A DNA stretch of 64,000 nt, taken from an uncultured archaeon. GTDB taxonomy: Archaea > Asgardarchaeota > Lokiarchaeia > Sigyniarchaeales > SOKP01. The notes under the pieces were generated by a model. That model was not told where the DNA came from and made no database searches. It saw only the letters and a list, made by a program, of their open reading frames with translations. Location: contig CAZBPC010000008.1 of the NCBI GenBank assembly GCA_964493715.1, positions 9,714 through 73,713 on the forward strand. The letters are read 5' to 3'. The position numbers and the translations under genes were made by a program. The stretch's first letter is position 1; every line of letters begins with the position of its first letter. Positions 21,244 to 32,546 of the stretch are shown here, piece by piece.

Positions 21244-21879
21244 ATGAATGATGATCATGACGATTATGATGATTTTTATGCGGATATTTTAAAAAAATTT
21301 AAGAAATATTTTAAAATAAATCCCGATTTATCTGATGATGTGGATTTCTTGTTTATACCGGAACCTATCAAAAATTTTGATATAGACTCCCAAAACCCAA
21401 ATATAAAAGGATTCAAAGTCTCCTATCATTTTGAACCTGGAATGGATAAACCTGAAATTCGAATTGAAGGTGATATTGACCAAAAAAAGATGCTTGAGTA
21501 TTTAAAAGGAATAAATATGCAGCAAAATCCTCGATTTAAACTCATGAGAAAAGATCAAAATCAAGGTAAAGAGATAGATGCAAGCATGTTTTCGTTAGAA
21601 CCCTGTAAAGAGGAGGAGGAAAACTGTTCTCTTGAGCCTTATTCAGAAATTCACGATCTTGAGGATGGAGTGGAAATCATTCTCGAAGTTCCAGGAGTTG
21701 AAAAAGGACATGTAATTTTAAGTTTAAGCAATGATGGACGTAAATTAAAGATAATTGCAAAAAATTCGAATCGTAATTTTGAAAAAGAAATCAAATTGCC
21801 CTTTAAATCATCTTTAGATGGTCATATAATGGATATTAACAATGGGATAGCCTCAATCATCATTAAAAAGAAGATTTAA
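21244..21879 (+). CDS. Small heat shock protein (Hsp20 family)
   Basis: EP..EI......V.I.LEVPGVEK..V.L, NNGI..I alpha-crystallin domain; ATG 5 nt after GTGA (ORF track starts at 21235). Confidence 0.85.
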   Translation: MNDDHDDYDDFYADILKKFKKYFKINPDLSDDVDFLFIPEPIKNFDIDSQNPNIKGFKVSYHFEPGMDKPEIRIEGDIDQKKMLEYLKGINMQQNPRFKLMRKDQNQGKEIDASMFSLEPCKEEEENCSLEPYSEIHDLEDGVEIILEVPGVEKGHVILSLSNDGRKLKIIAKNSNRNFEKEIKLPFKSSLDGHIMDINNGIASIIIKKKI

Positions 21880-21957
21880 CAAACCAATTACCCTTTTTAA
21901 TTGATTTTTTATATATTTAAAAGAATATTATGATTATAGTAAAGAGTGAGAAAATAG

Positions 21958-24300
21958 ATGAGTGGTATAATAGAAGGATATAGAGGTAAAAAGAACCAGT
22001 TAAAAGTTAAGGACGCATTTAAAGAAGATGCAGGCCGAGGTATAGTGAGAATGGATCCGGATGTAGTGCAAACATTAAATCTTAAAACTGGAGATGTCAT
22101 AGAAATATCACATCCTTTAACAGAAAAAAAAACAGCTGCGTTAATCTATCCAGGAAGAAATGAAGATAGAGGAAGCGGGACAATTCGAATAGATCCTTCG
22201 TTGAGACGCAATTTGAGTGCTTCTTTAGATGATATTGTTGAAATACGTAAAATTGATGCGGCATTAGCTGATAAGATCACTTTTGCTGGATTAAAAGAGG
22301 CAATTTTTACAAGAAAATCTCAACAACTAACCAGAATTTTAGAAAATCGGGTTGTAACTAAAGGAGATATTCTGAGTTTCTATGCAAGTGCAAATAAGAG
22401 AGTAGATCTAGTAGTTATAGATTATATTCCTAGAACTGAGGCCGTAAGAATCCATTTAGATACAGAAATTATAATTAGTGAAAAAAGCCATAGAGAAATC
22501 ATTGAATCAGAAAAATCTCGCGTTTCATACGAGGATATCGGTGGTTTAGGAGAAGAAATTCAAAAAATCAGGGAAATGATTGAACTTCCCATTCGCCATC
22601 CAGAAATATTTAAAAGAATTGGAATAGAACCACCTAAGGGAGTATTATTACACGGTCCACCTGGGACTGGTAAAACTCTATTAGCACGCGCTGTAGCATA
22701 TGAGACTGAAGCACACTTCATTACAATTAGTGGACCAGAAATAATGAGTAAATTTTATGGTCAAAGTGAGCAAAATTTAAGGAAAATTTTTGATGAGGCA
22801 AGCGAACAAGCACCTTCCATAATATTTATTGACGAATTGGATTCAATTGCACCAAAAAGAGGAGAAGTTACAGGTGAAGTTGAAAGGAGAGTTGTAGCTC
22901 AGTTATTATCATTAATGGATGGATTGGAAGGAAGAGGAGAGGTTATTGTCATTGGGGCAACTAATCGAGTTAATGATATAGATCCTGCATTGCGTCGACC
23001 TGGACGTTTTGATCGAGAAATTGAAATCGGTGTCCCTGATACTGATGGTCGATATGAGATACTTCAAATTCATTCTCGTGGTATGCCAATCGATGAAGAC
23101 GTCGACTTACATGTAATCGCTGAAAGAACTCATGGATTTGTTGGTGCTGATGTAGAAGCCTTAGCTAAAGAAGCAGCGATGCTAGCGATAAGAAAAATTC
23201 TGCCAAAAATCAATTTAGATAAACCCATTCCAAACGAGATTTTATCTGAAATCCAAATTAGCATGGATAATTTTCTAGACTCATTAAATAGTATCGAACC
23301 TTCAGCATTAAGAGAAGTTCTCATTCAACAACCAACAGAAAGCTGGGATGATGTGGGAGGTCTTGAAGATGCAAAATTACAATTACGAGAAGTAATAGAA
23401 TGGCCCTTAAAATATCCTGAATTATATTCACATTTAGATTCAAAGCCACCAAATGGTATCTTACTATATGGTCCACCCGGGACTGGTAAAACATTACTAG
23501 CAAAAGCGTTAGCTCACGAGACCGATATAAATTTTATCTCAGTGAAAGGACCTGAATTTCTTTCTAAATGGGTTGGAGAAAGCGAAAAGGCTGTACGAGA
23601 AACGTTTAGAAAAGCGCGCTCTGCAGCACCTTGCATCATATTTTTTGATGAAATTGATGCGATTGCTGGACTGAGGGGAAGGTTTGCAGGTTCAGAAGTA
23701 ACTGAACAAGTTGTTTCACAATTACTTACTGAGATGGATGGTTTAGAAGGATTAAAAGATGTCATTTTACTTGCCGCTACAAATAGACCCGATATGTTAG
23801 ATCCTGCTTTACTGAGATCAGGACGATTTGGAAGACATATTGAGATTACCATGCCAGATCTAGTCACGAGAAAAGAAATCTTTAAGATTCATTTGAAGAA
23901 TAAACCTTTGGATGAGAATGTTGACCTAAATCAATTATCAGAAAATTTAGATGGTTATACAGGAGCTGACATTCAAGCTATTTGTGAGGAAGCTACGTTA
24001 TTAACAATACGAAAAGCCATTATTCAAGTTGATCTAAAAAAGAGAGAAATTATTGAATTTAACAGCCAAATTGAATCATTAAAAAATAAAAAAATCGGAA
24101 TGCCTAAATCAAATGAAGAAGCAGAAACAATATCTGTACAAATTCAAGAATTAGAGCAAAAGATCGCTGAACTCAATGAAGAAATGGTCAAGAATATAAA
24201 AATCTCTAAAACAGAATTCACAGAAGCAATTGAAAAAGTACTAAAAGGTGCAGATATAGCTAAGAAGGCTGAAAAAGGTCTAGAAGAAATGTATAGATAA
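21958..24300 (+). CDS. cdc48: CDC48/VAT AAA+ ATPase
   Basis: N domain DAGRGIVR, two AAA modules with GPPGTGKT, Walker B FIDELD/FFDEID, SRH; C-terminal HbYX (MYR). Confidence 0.97.
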   Translation: MSGIIEGYRGKKNQLKVKDAFKEDAGRGIVRMDPDVVQTLNLKTGDVIEISHPLTEKKTAALIYPGRNEDRGSGTIRIDPSLRRNLSASLDDIVEIRKIDAALADKITFAGLKEAIFTRKSQQLTRILENRVVTKGDILSFYASANKRVDLVVIDYIPRTEAVRIHLDTEIIISEKSHREIIESEKSRVSYEDIGGLGEEIQKIREMIELPIRHPEIFKRIGIEPPKGVLLHGPPGTGKTLLARAVAYETEAHFITISGPEIMSKFYGQSEQNLRKIFDEASEQAPSIIFIDELDSIAPKRGEVTGEVERRVVAQLLSLMDGLEGRGEVIVIGATNRVNDIDPALRRPGRFDREIEIGVPDTDGRYEILQIHSRGMPIDEDVDLHVIAERTHGFVGADVEALAKEAAMLAIRKILPKINLDKPIPNEILSEIQISMDNFLDSLNSIEPSALREVLIQQPTESWDDVGGLEDAKLQLREVIEWPLKYPELYSHLDSKPPNGILLYGPPGTGKTLLAKALAHETDINFISVKGPEFLSKWVGESEKAVRETFRKARSAAPCIIFFDEIDAIAGLRGRFAGSEVTEQVVSQLLTEMDGLEGLKDVILLAATNRPDMLDPALLRSGRFGRHIEITMPDLVTRKEIFKIHLKNKPLDENVDLNQLSENLDGYTGADIQAICEEATLLTIRKAIIQVDLKKREIIEFNSQIESLKNKKIGMPKSNEEAETISVQIQELEQKIAELNEEMVKNIKISKTEFTEAIEKVLKGADIAKKAEKGLEEMYR

Positions 24301-24321
24301 TTTTAGGAGGTTTAAAATAAT

Positions 24322-25143
24322 ATGGAAGTAGAAGATGAGAGATCAGATCAACAGTTAATTGGATTAGATTCATTATTAGAAATATTAGGTAATCCAACAC
24401 GAAGAAGTATATTATCAAAATTATCAAAAGTTCCCCGTACTGGACCAGAAATAGCAGATGATTTAGGAATTTCGAGACAAGCGATTCATAGCCAGCTCAA
24501 GTTACTTACTGATTCAGGACTTGTTGAAGGACCACCTGAAGGATCAAGGGGCGGTACCTTTCGCATAAAAAGTAATATTTCAGTTAGAATTGATATCACC
24601 CCTCAATACTATAACATTAAATTCAACACTAAACCTGCACTTAATAATTCAAATGCAATTGAATTTCAAAATATGAATTGTTCAATTGATTATTCTAAAT
24701 TTAAAACCGTGGATGATAAAATCAAGTTTTTGGGAGATCAAATCCTAAAAGTTGAACAAGAGATTTCTCACTTGGATCAAGAGAGAAAGGATTTTTTAAT
24801 TCAAAAACAATGTATCCTTCAAGAGATTAGGAAATTGATGCATGGTCAGTTTAAAAAAAACCTTGAAAAAAGATTAAAGGTTCGATATAATCAAATTAAG
24901 GATAAGAGTTTAAATGACTTATTCAATCTCTCAGAAGAAATTGTTTTTACCATGTTTTATAATCCTCAACGTTACAAAAATCGAGTTGACATAAATAAAC
25001 TCTTGGATGACTTATTTTTCTCAGATATGGATTCTTATCAGCGAGATCAACGATTTGGTTCGATTAGATCTCTACTGACGGATATGTCGAGTCTGATGGG
25101 TTTTCTACGAGAAGATGATGAAGATTGGTTTTTTGAATTCTAA
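24322..25143 (+). CDS. ArsR-like wHTH transcription regulator (Phr/HSR1-type heat-shock regulator) with coiled coil
   Basis: LGNPTRR.IL..L...P....IA..LGISRQAI..QLK.L...GLVE; adjacent to hsp20-cdc48. Confidence 0.8.
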   Translation: MEVEDERSDQQLIGLDSLLEILGNPTRRSILSKLSKVPRTGPEIADDLGISRQAIHSQLKLLTDSGLVEGPPEGSRGGTFRIKSNISVRIDITPQYYNIKFNTKPALNNSNAIEFQNMNCSIDYSKFKTVDDKIKFLGDQILKVEQEISHLDQERKDFLIQKQCILQEIRKLMHGQFKKNLEKRLKVRYNQIKDKSLNDLFNLSEEIVFTMFYNPQRYKNRVDINKLLDDLFFSDMDSYQRDQRFGSIRSLLTDMSSLMGFLREDDEDWFFEF

Positions 25144-25167
25144 TTAAATATAAGAAAGAGGAGTGAT

Positions 25168-25668
25168 ATGGATTTATACGATTTAAAAAAAGAAATGCCC
25201 GATATCTTTGCACGTGTTAAAGAGGATGTAAAAAAAGTGTTTGGTAGACATAGAGCTGGACTTAGCTTAGGTTTGGCAGAAATGGGAATGGTACAAGGTG
25301 GATTTATTGGTGGTATGCATTTTGCTCCAGGTACTGATATAATAATGAATACAGCACCTCTTAAAATTATTTTAGAGACCCAACCATATGAAATCGTGTG
25401 GGCATATACTTATCATATCCTTCTCCATGAATACATCCACTCGTTAGGAATCATTGATGAGCAGCAATGTAGAATTCTAACTCTTAAACTTACTAAAGAA
25501 ATTTTTAGTGAATCAGATCATCCTGCAATCACTTTGGCTGAAAGTGGCATAGGAGCGTTTATACCAAATTTGCAATTGAGGTACATTCCCCCAAATCAAA
25601 AACCAGATGGAATTTCTATTGAATATATCTCTGAGTTTGAAAAGGAAAGTTTTGACTATTATTCTTGA
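25168..25668 (+). CDS. Conserved archaeal protein with HEXXH (putative metallopeptidase)
   Basis: ILLHEYIHSLG..DE motif. Confidence 0.65.
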   Translation: MDLYDLKKEMPDIFARVKEDVKKVFGRHRAGLSLGLAEMGMVQGGFIGGMHFAPGTDIIMNTAPLKIILETQPYEIVWAYTYHILLHEYIHSLGIIDEQQCRILTLKLTKEIFSESDHPAITLAESGIGAFIPNLQLRYIPPNQKPDGISIEYISEFEKESFDYYS

Positions 25669-25732
25669 GATAAGAATTATTTTTTTATTTTTTTGATATT
25701 AATATTAATTACACAAGATAATTTAATATCTA

Positions 25733-26836
25733 GTGGAAAGAAAACTAAACGAGTGGTTGATGAATATATCTAAAATTTCAAAGCAAGATATTAATAAGGA
25801 TGATCCGAACCTAGGAATAGAAAAAAGTTTTGATGCTGTTAAGGATCAATTGATTCTAAAATGGAACTATAAAGATATAAATAAAAAACTTGTTTATGAT
25901 ATAAAAAAATGCATCGGATGTAGTTTATGCAAAATTGTTTGTCCGGTTGATGCAATTGAGCTAGGACCAATTCCTGAAATTGCTCAGAACACATTAAACG
26001 ACTCAAATCCTAAACTCTTAATTGATCATGATAAATGTTGTTATTGCATGCTCTGTGCGATAGTATGCCCCAACGATGCTTTCCATGAAAATATTGAGCC
26101 AGAAGGAGAAATTGATCTGGATCAATATCCTTCAATTGATAGCTTTTTTAGGATTGACGAGAAAGATTGTATAGAAGATATTAAAAATGAAACCTGCAAA
26201 CTTTGCTTGAGTGTTAGGGATAGAAATCATATAAAAGATTATTATATGATAGAAAAGAATTGTCCAACTAATTGTTTTCATATCGATAGTCCAATCGAAG
26301 GAGAAGTAATTATTAAAAAGAACATGTTGCATAAATGTAGTCCAGAGAACTGTAAAGCGTGCATTAACATCTGCCCTGTTCAATCCTTCTTTATCCCAGA
26401 ATCTGCAGAGGATGTTGTGAAATATGGAAAAATTGCGTGTAATGAGGATCAATGTTTTTACTGTGGCGCGTGTGAAAATAGCTGTCCCGATGATCTAATA
26501 GTTGTTAATCGAAAAAATATCAAAATTGTTGATCCTAAAAAAAGCGGAAATTACCCTTGGAAGGAAGGTTGGATTAAAAATATTAAAGAAATATTGAAAT
26601 TACATTTCACCAAAGGAAAAGACCAAATTGATATCCCTATCATCGCGCAAAAGATTAAAAAAACCACAGAAAAAATAATGGAAAACATACCCCAGCTCAG
26701 TAAAGAAGACAAGGACCAACTATCTGAATTAAATGATAAGATCCAAAAATTCTTGAAATCCTCAAAAATCCGTTATTGGATGAAAGATAAAAAAACTGAA
26801 AAAATAGGTAAAGAATTGGATAAATACTTAAGGTAA
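25733..26836 (+). CDS. Polyferredoxin (multiple 4Fe-4S, FwdF-like)
   Basis: Repeated CxxCxxCxxxCP motifs. Confidence 0.85.
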   Translation: MERKLNEWLMNISKISKQDINKDDPNLGIEKSFDAVKDQLILKWNYKDINKKLVYDIKKCIGCSLCKIVCPVDAIELGPIPEIAQNTLNDSNPKLLIDHDKCCYCMLCAIVCPNDAFHENIEPEGEIDLDQYPSIDSFFRIDEKDCIEDIKNETCKLCLSVRDRNHIKDYYMIEKNCPTNCFHIDSPIEGEVIIKKNMLHKCSPENCKACINICPVQSFFIPESAEDVVKYGKIACNEDQCFYCGACENSCPDDLIVVNRKNIKIVDPKKSGNYPWKEGWIKNIKEILKLHFTKGKDQIDIPIIAQKIKKTTEKIMENIPQLSKEDKDQLSELNDKIQKFLKSSKIRYWMKDKKTEKIGKELDKYLR

Positions 26837-26931
26837 TAAATTTGTCCTAAATTCTACTTTTTCGCATAAAATATCTTAGTTTTTATATTTTAAATTAAAA
26901 GGATATATAAATTCAATTCTTAGTCAGGAAA

Positions 26932-27219
26932 ATGATTATAAAGCTAAAGATAAAGGTGGAAAAAAGTATTAAAAAGAAACAGATAGTAGTTTGGATTCAA
27001 AGACAAGAAGATATCGAGAACGATATCCAACAATTATTTCAATTCTTCAAGGATCAGATAAAAATTTCGAAAATTAAAAGAATTTTATCATATTATAGAG
27101 TTTCCTCAGAAAATCCTGCCATTATGTTGTCTTTTTTTACCGCTCTTCAAGAAATTATTCCAGATATTTATTTTAATAATGATGATTCTGTAGAATTTGA
27201 GGAATCATTCAATTCGTAA
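26932..27219 (+). CDS. Hypothetical protein
   Basis: 95-aa ORF with normal composition. Confidence 0.6.
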   Translation: MIIKLKIKVEKSIKKKQIVVWIQRQEDIENDIQQLFQFFKDQIKISKIKRILSYYRVSSENPAIMLSFFTALQEIIPDIYFNNDDSVEFEESFNS

Positions 27220-27273
27220 TTTAAAAACATTTATTAGTTCATAATCTGATACTCAAATTTAAATTTTGTAAGA

Positions 27274-27347
27274 TGGGAGGAGAGGGATTCGAACCCTCGA
27301 CCACCTGGTCCCAAACCAGGAATCATACCAAGCTAGACCACCCTCCC
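27274..27347 (-). tRNA. tRNA-Pro (TGG), intronless, CCA not encoded
   Basis: Minus strand GGGAGGG TGGTCTAGCTTGGTATGATT CCTGG TTTGGGA CCAGG TGGTC GAGGG TTCGAAT CCCTC TCCTCCC A folds as a cloverleaf. Confidence 0.97.
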
Positions 27348-27492
27348 ATCGTTTGTAGGTATTTCCTAGCCCTTATGTTAAAATATTAATGAGAATGGGT
27401 TTATTTAAATTACCTTACTACACATTAAAATTAATTTTCAATTTTTAATTTTATTGTTACACAGAATCTTAAAATAAAATTAAATTAGTAAT

Positions 27493-28077
27493 TTGTTGAT
27501 GAAACACAAAATCTATCTTCAAAAAATTGGTTTAGTAGATAAATCTATTTTGGTTAAATTGAAGAAAAATTTAGAGTGGAGTTTTAAGAGATTTGGAATA
27601 GAATTTAAAATTTGCTCTAATGATCTCGGTTTATATAAATTTGAATACGTTTCAGGAAAGAAGCAATTTGATGCGCCATTAATTTTAAAAAGATTATTGA
27701 AGCAAGCTGAACGCAAAAATTACTTCAGAATATTAGGAATCATAGATCAAGATATTTTTTCTGGATTTTTTGAATATAATTTTGGAATTGCTAAGCTTCC
27801 TAAGGAATTTAAAACAAGCATTCCAAGGGTTGCCTTAATTTCAATTTTTAGACTCAAAGAATCCAATTATGATAGGGAGGAAAACTCCGCTTTATTAGAG
27901 AAAAGAATTTTAACGGAATCGATACATGAACTCGGGCACACTTTTGGATTAGATCATTGTGAAAATGATTGTGTCATGCAGTTTTCTGAATCATTAATGC
28001 TAGTTGATAAAAAAACTCCAAATTTTTGCGTTAAATGTATGGGAATATTGGAGGAAGCTTTTTTAAATCTTGATTAG
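27493..28077 (+). CDS. Archaemetzincin (peptidase M54)
   Basis: HELGHTFGLDHC...CVM.FS......D......C..C. Confidence 0.9.
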   Translation: MLMKHKIYLQKIGLVDKSILVKLKKNLEWSFKRFGIEFKICSNDLGLYKFEYVSGKKQFDAPLILKRLLKQAERKNYFRILGIIDQDIFSGFFEYNFGIAKLPKEFKTSIPRVALISIFRLKESNYDREENSALLEKRILTESIHELGHTFGLDHCENDCVMQFSESLMLVDKKTPNFCVKCMGILEEAFLNLD

Positions 28078-29090
28078 TGATTGTGATTTGTTTCCTTAAA
28101 TTTTTGATATAATTTTTCACTAATATTAAAGAAAAGCCTTTTATTTTTTAACAAATCAATTAAATCTATTGGAATGTTTTTCCTTCCAAAATATGCTCCT
28201 GCCAAGCTCCCGCCAATCGCTCCTACTGTATCGCTATCACCCCCAGCGCTCGCAAGTTCATAAATACAATCTTCAAAAGAGCTTAGTCTATTAATAAAGA
28301 TAAAAATTGCGCAAGCAACGGTACTAATGGCATAAGGATGAACAAAAGCTTTTCCAAAATATTCTTCAATGAAAAATGGTGACTTTACACCAATTTGTGA
28401 GAATTTTATTAATCCTGAATTAATTGGTGTCCCTAAATTTTCTCGTACTTTTTTTAAAATAGATATGAACTCATTCCAAATTGGTTCGTGTGAGTTTGCA
28501 ATAGAATCTATTATTGTATCGAAGAATTCATCAATTGAAAATCCATTTTCAGGATTTTTACTAACTAAATAGGATATTGCACACGCTATAACAATAGCAC
28601 TTGCAGAGGCCGCTGGGTGAGAATGAGTGATTATACTTGATTGATAGGCAACTCTCTTTAAATCCTCCGGTTTATTGATATAAAAAAGACCAACTGGAGA
28701 AATCCTCATTGCGGCGCCATTACCACCCGAATTTGAAGCCGCTTCTCTCCACGGAATTCCATATTTTAATTTCTTGATAGAAATTAAGCATCCATAACCC
28801 GGACCTATGGGTGGGTCGTCTAACCAATTGACATATGCCTTAACAAAATTATCGATGTCAAAACCGGAACCTTCAATCAATGCTCGGGCTGTGTGAATTG
28901 TGAGTTGAGTATCGTCAGTATAAGTATTAAATAATTTTTTATTTTTCTTTATGAATTCCTGAAAGTTATTGACTTTAGATTGGATTTGTTCTTTTAACAA
29001 TCCTTCAAAAGGTTTTCCTAAAGTATCTCCAATAGCGACTCCTAATAAAGTACCAGAAAATTTATCGAGATAATCTAATTTTGTTATCAT
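28074..29090 (-). CDS. ADP-ribosylglycohydrolase (DraG/ARH family)
   Basis: GD.LG.P.E, YTDDTQ, GNGAAMRI.P, THSH, GGDSDT.GAI.G. Confidence 0.93.
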   Translation of the reverse strand: MITKLDYLDKFSGTLLGVAIGDTLGKPFEGLLKEQIQSKVNNFQEFIKKNKKLFNTYTDDTQLTIHTARALIEGSGFDIDNFVKAYVNWLDDPPIGPGYGCLISIKKLKYGIPWREAASNSGGNGAAMRISPVGLFYINKPEDLKRVAYQSSIITHSHPAASASAIVIACAISYLVSKNPENGFSIDEFFDTIIDSIANSHEPIWNEFISILKKVRENLGTPINSGLIKFSQIGVKSPFFIEEYFGKAFVHPYAISTVACAIFIFINRLSSFEDCIYELASAGGDSDTVGAIGGSLAGAYFGRKNIPIDLIDLLKNKRLFFNISEKLYQKFKETNHNH

Positions 29091-29170
29091 AATTACTTAT
29101 TGCAATATCAATAAGCCTTATATATCTTTTTTACCCTATTATATGTTAATTACAGAGGAATATAAGAATT

Positions 29171-30070
29171 TTGCTGAAATTAGATAATATTAAAAATGTA
29201 ATTACTGCAATGATCACTCCTTTCAAAGAGGATTTATCAATTGATGAGGAAAAATATCGAGAATTCATCAGGTTTCAAATAGATAATGGTTGTCACATCT
29301 TAACCATGGGAACAACTGGTGAAAGCCCAACCTTATCTCATGAGGAACATCATCAAGCAATGGAGATTACTATAAATGAAGCGAGGAATTATAAGAAAGA
29401 TACTTTAGTAATGGTAGGAACGGGTAGTAATTCTACAAGAGAAGCCATCTCCCTTTCTAAATATGCAGTAAATGCAGGTGCAGACGTCATTTTGGTAGTC
29501 GTCCCTTATTATAATAAACCTGCCCAACACTCCCTTATTGACCATTTTTCTGCCATCGCAGACTCTGTTTCAGTGCCTATTATTTTATATAATGTCCCAA
29601 GTCGCACAGGCAGGAATTTAGAGCCAGAAACTATCGTAGAGCTAGCCAGGAAAAAAGAAAACATTGTTGGAATTAAATGTGCGAGTGGTGATATTGACCA
29701 ATTCACGAGAATTATCAAGATGACACGTGAAGATTTTATTGTATTAAGTGGAGATGATGGATTTACGTATCATATAATGGCATTGGGAGGAGTAGGGGTT
29801 ATTAGTGTGGCTTCAAACATAATTCCTTCAAAAATAGTAGAATTTACAAAAGCAATGAATGCAGGAGAATGGGAAAAAGCCAGAAAAATGCAGTTTGAAC
29901 TGTATGATCTCTTTAAAATTCTCTTTGTGGAACCAAATCCTGGACCTGTAAAATACGCTGCTGAGCAAATGGGTATAATGAATAAAAGAATGAGATTACC
30001 ACTAACTCCCCCTTTAAATGAAAATCAAGCAAAAATCAATCAAGTATTACAAAAATTAAATTTAATCTAA
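29171..30070 (+). CDS. dapA: 4-hydroxy-tetrahydrodipicolinate synthase
   Basis: GTTGES, PYYNKP, YNVPSRTG, GIK, LSGDD, NPGPVK. Confidence 0.96.
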   Translation: MLKLDNIKNVITAMITPFKEDLSIDEEKYREFIRFQIDNGCHILTMGTTGESPTLSHEEHHQAMEITINEARNYKKDTLVMVGTGSNSTREAISLSKYAVNAGADVILVVVPYYNKPAQHSLIDHFSAIADSVSVPIILYNVPSRTGRNLEPETIVELARKKENIVGIKCASGDIDQFTRIIKMTREDFIVLSGDDGFTYHIMALGGVGVISVASNIIPSKIVEFTKAMNAGEWEKARKMQFELYDLFKILFVEPNPGPVKYAAEQMGIMNKRMRLPLTPPLNENQAKINQVLQKLNLI

Positions 30071-30102
30071 CTAAAATTTCAAATAAATAAAATGAGAAAA
30101 TA

Positions 30103-30924
30103 ATGATAAAACTGTTAATTTTAGGTCCATCTGGCGTAATGGGGAAATTAATCAGCCAACTTGCATTACAGGATGAAAATATTGATGTAGTAGCTGCTTG
30201 CGATAAATTAAATGTTGGGGAATCTCTTGGTTTTCTTGCGGGTACATTGGATAAAAGAAGCATTGTAATTACAGATGTAAACCAACTTGAAGATATTATA
30301 GATAAAACAAAACCCGATGTTGTTGTTGATTTTACAATTGCATATGCTACGGAAAAAAATTGCATGATTTGCGTAAAAAAGGGAGTAAGATGTGTAATTG
30401 GGACAACTGCGATGTCGAAAGAATTTTTGAAGGATTTTGAAGAACTTGTAAAGAAACACAATATTCCCTCAATTATATCACCAAACATGGCAACTGGAGT
30501 AAATCTTATATATAAAATTGCTGGAATTTTAACAAACTATTTAAATGAATGGGATATAGAAATCATTGAGAGTCATCATAATCGCAAGGTAGATGCACCT
30601 TCAGGAACTGCTTTAACAATTGCTAAAACAATCTGTGATACTCTTGGATGCGATCCAGAAGACACCTTAAAATTTGGACGTTCTAAGGGACCTAATAAAA
30701 GAAAAGAAGGTGCTAAAAATGAAATTGGGATTCATTCAATTAGGGGTGGAGATATTGTTGGGGATCATACTATTTTGTTTGCAGGACCGGGGGAAAGAAT
30801 TGAGTTAAAGCATCAAGCCCATAGCAGAACAAGTTTTGCAGCAGGAGCTATTAAGGCGATCAAATTTATAGCAAATCAAAAAGAAGGTAAAATATTCGAA
30901 ATGAAAGATGTTCTTAATCTTTAA
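30103..30924 (+). CDS. dapB: 4-hydroxy-tetrahydrodipicolinate reductase
   Basis: VVVDFT, IGTT, EIIESHHNRKVDAPSGTA, RGGDIVGDH. Confidence 0.96.
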   Translation: MIKLLILGPSGVMGKLISQLALQDENIDVVAACDKLNVGESLGFLAGTLDKRSIVITDVNQLEDIIDKTKPDVVVDFTIAYATEKNCMICVKKGVRCVIGTTAMSKEFLKDFEELVKKHNIPSIISPNMATGVNLIYKIAGILTNYLNEWDIEIIESHHNRKVDAPSGTALTIAKTICDTLGCDPEDTLKFGRSKGPNKRKEGAKNEIGIHSIRGGDIVGDHTILFAGPGERIELKHQAHSRTSFAAGAIKAIKFIANQKEGKIFEMKDVLNL

Positions 30925-31206
30925 TTTTTTCTAAACTAACCCAATTTCTTCTCATAAACAATAAAAAAAAATCTTTTTATATATTTTAACACCAGAAAAG
31001 TAAGATAAAATTATAAAAATCATCAGTGCAGATCAGTATTATCATTAATCCATACTAAGTAGAGATTTCATAATGTCAACACGTCATCGAGAATATTAAA
31101 GGGTATCCAAGCCTTAATAAACTCACGTTTTTATAATTCTATCTCAATAATTATTAGTATTTCAAAAATTAATTAATTTTGGTAATATAATATGATTATC
31201 AGAATT

Positions 31207-32535
31207 TCATTTTAAATGATCTGGTATAATTTGGTGCGCAATTAAATTACTGAATTTTTCTGCTTCCCTAATAATATGAATACATCCTCTATTTATCAAA
31301 ATTTCAGCTGAACGTGTGCGTGAATTATAATTTGAGCTCATAGTAAAACCATATGCACCCGTATCAAGGATAGCAAGATATTCATCCTCTTTTAATTTAG
31401 AAAATTCGCGATCTTTCCCAAGAACGTCACCAGACTCACAAATTGGACCAACTATATCATATGTCAATATCTCATTTTCATTTCGATTATCACACTTTAT
31501 AATATGATGATATGAACCATATAGCATCGGTCTAATTAGAGTGTTAAATCCTGCATTCAATCCTGCAAACCTTTTATAACCATTATTCTTAATAGTATTA
31601 ATCTGTGCTAAGATAATACTCGCTTCTGCTATTAAATACCGGCCAGGTTCCATCTTAAATTGTGGGTCACCCAAATTCCCATTTCTAACAAACTTTTTAA
31701 ACTTTCTTACAACAATCTTGACATAAACCTCTAGATTTAACGGATCATCTTTCGGGTTATAAGGTATTCCTAAACCCCCACCAAAATCGATAAATTCGAA
31801 CCTTATGTTTATTGTGTTTGTGATATTCTCAATAATTGCAAAAAATTTCTCAATAGCTGGTTCAAAATCAAGAGGATTAATTATTCCAGAACCAATATGA
31901 ATATGAATTCCAAATTTCATGAAACCAAGATTCTTAGCTTTCAAATAAGCTTCGATAACTTGGTTGTCTAAAATTCCAAATTTGATGTTGTTTCCTGCCG
32001 TGATCGTATGAGGATGGTGTCCTGCTCCAAATTCTGGATTAATTCTAAATGATATAATTTTTTTTTCCTTTCCGAAATCATCAATTATTTTCGCTAAGCG
32101 ATCTAGTTGACTAATACTGTCTAAATTTACTAAAATATCGTGTTCAACAGCAAATTTAAAATCCTCGTCAGTAAACATGTTACCCGTAAACAATATTTTA
32201 TCAGGAGATATTCCAGCTTTTAAACAAGTTCTTATTTCTCCTAAGGAAGTGCAATCAAAACTAGCTCCTTCAGATTTAAAAATTCTCAATATAGCCATAT
32301 TTGAATTTGCTTTTACCGCAAAATGAATTTCATTATTCTTATATTCAAGATTAATGGCATTTTTTAATTTCTTATACCTATTTCGTATCATTTGTTCATT
32401 ATAGACATAAAGCGGAGTTCCATATTGGTTTACTAAGTCTAAAGCATTAACATCAGCAAAATATAAAATTCCTTTGCGATTTTCTAAATCTTTATTTTTT
32501 AACCACGCTTCGTAATTCAATTTATTTACCTTCAT
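31207..32535 (-). CDS. lysA: Diaminopimelate decarboxylase
   Basis: FAVKAN (PLP lysine), HIHIGS, DFGGG, EPGRY, GPICESGD, SNYN. Confidence 0.96.
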   Translation of the reverse strand: MKVNKLNYEAWLKNKDLENRKGILYFADVNALDLVNQYGTPLYVYNEQMIRNRYKKLKNAINLEYKNNEIHFAVKANSNMAILRIFKSEGASFDCTSLGEIRTCLKAGISPDKILFTGNMFTDEDFKFAVEHDILVNLDSISQLDRLAKIIDDFGKEKKIISFRINPEFGAGHHPHTITAGNNIKFGILDNQVIEAYLKAKNLGFMKFGIHIHIGSGIINPLDFEPAIEKFFAIIENITNTINIRFEFIDFGGGLGIPYNPKDDPLNLEVYVKIVVRKFKKFVRNGNLGDPQFKMEPGRYLIAEASIILAQINTIKNNGYKRFAGLNAGFNTLIRPMLYGSYHHIIKCDNRNENEILTYDIVGPICESGDVLGKDREFSKLKEDEYLAILDTGAYGFTMSSNYNSRTRSAEILINRGCIHIIREAEKFSNLIAHQIIPDHLK

Positions 32536-32546
32536 ATATTTGAATA

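Noticed and set aside
27271-27350. tRNA-Pro as an integration site; GAT/ATC extension of the acceptor stem
   Set aside because: No duplicated tRNA end or integrase in the window; a 3-bp extension is unremarkable.
31020-31150. Possible C/D-box sRNA or small ORF between dapB and lysA (minus strand has CTGA motifs)
   Set aside because: No good RTGATGA C box or terminal stem, and reading frames are interrupted; not supportable.
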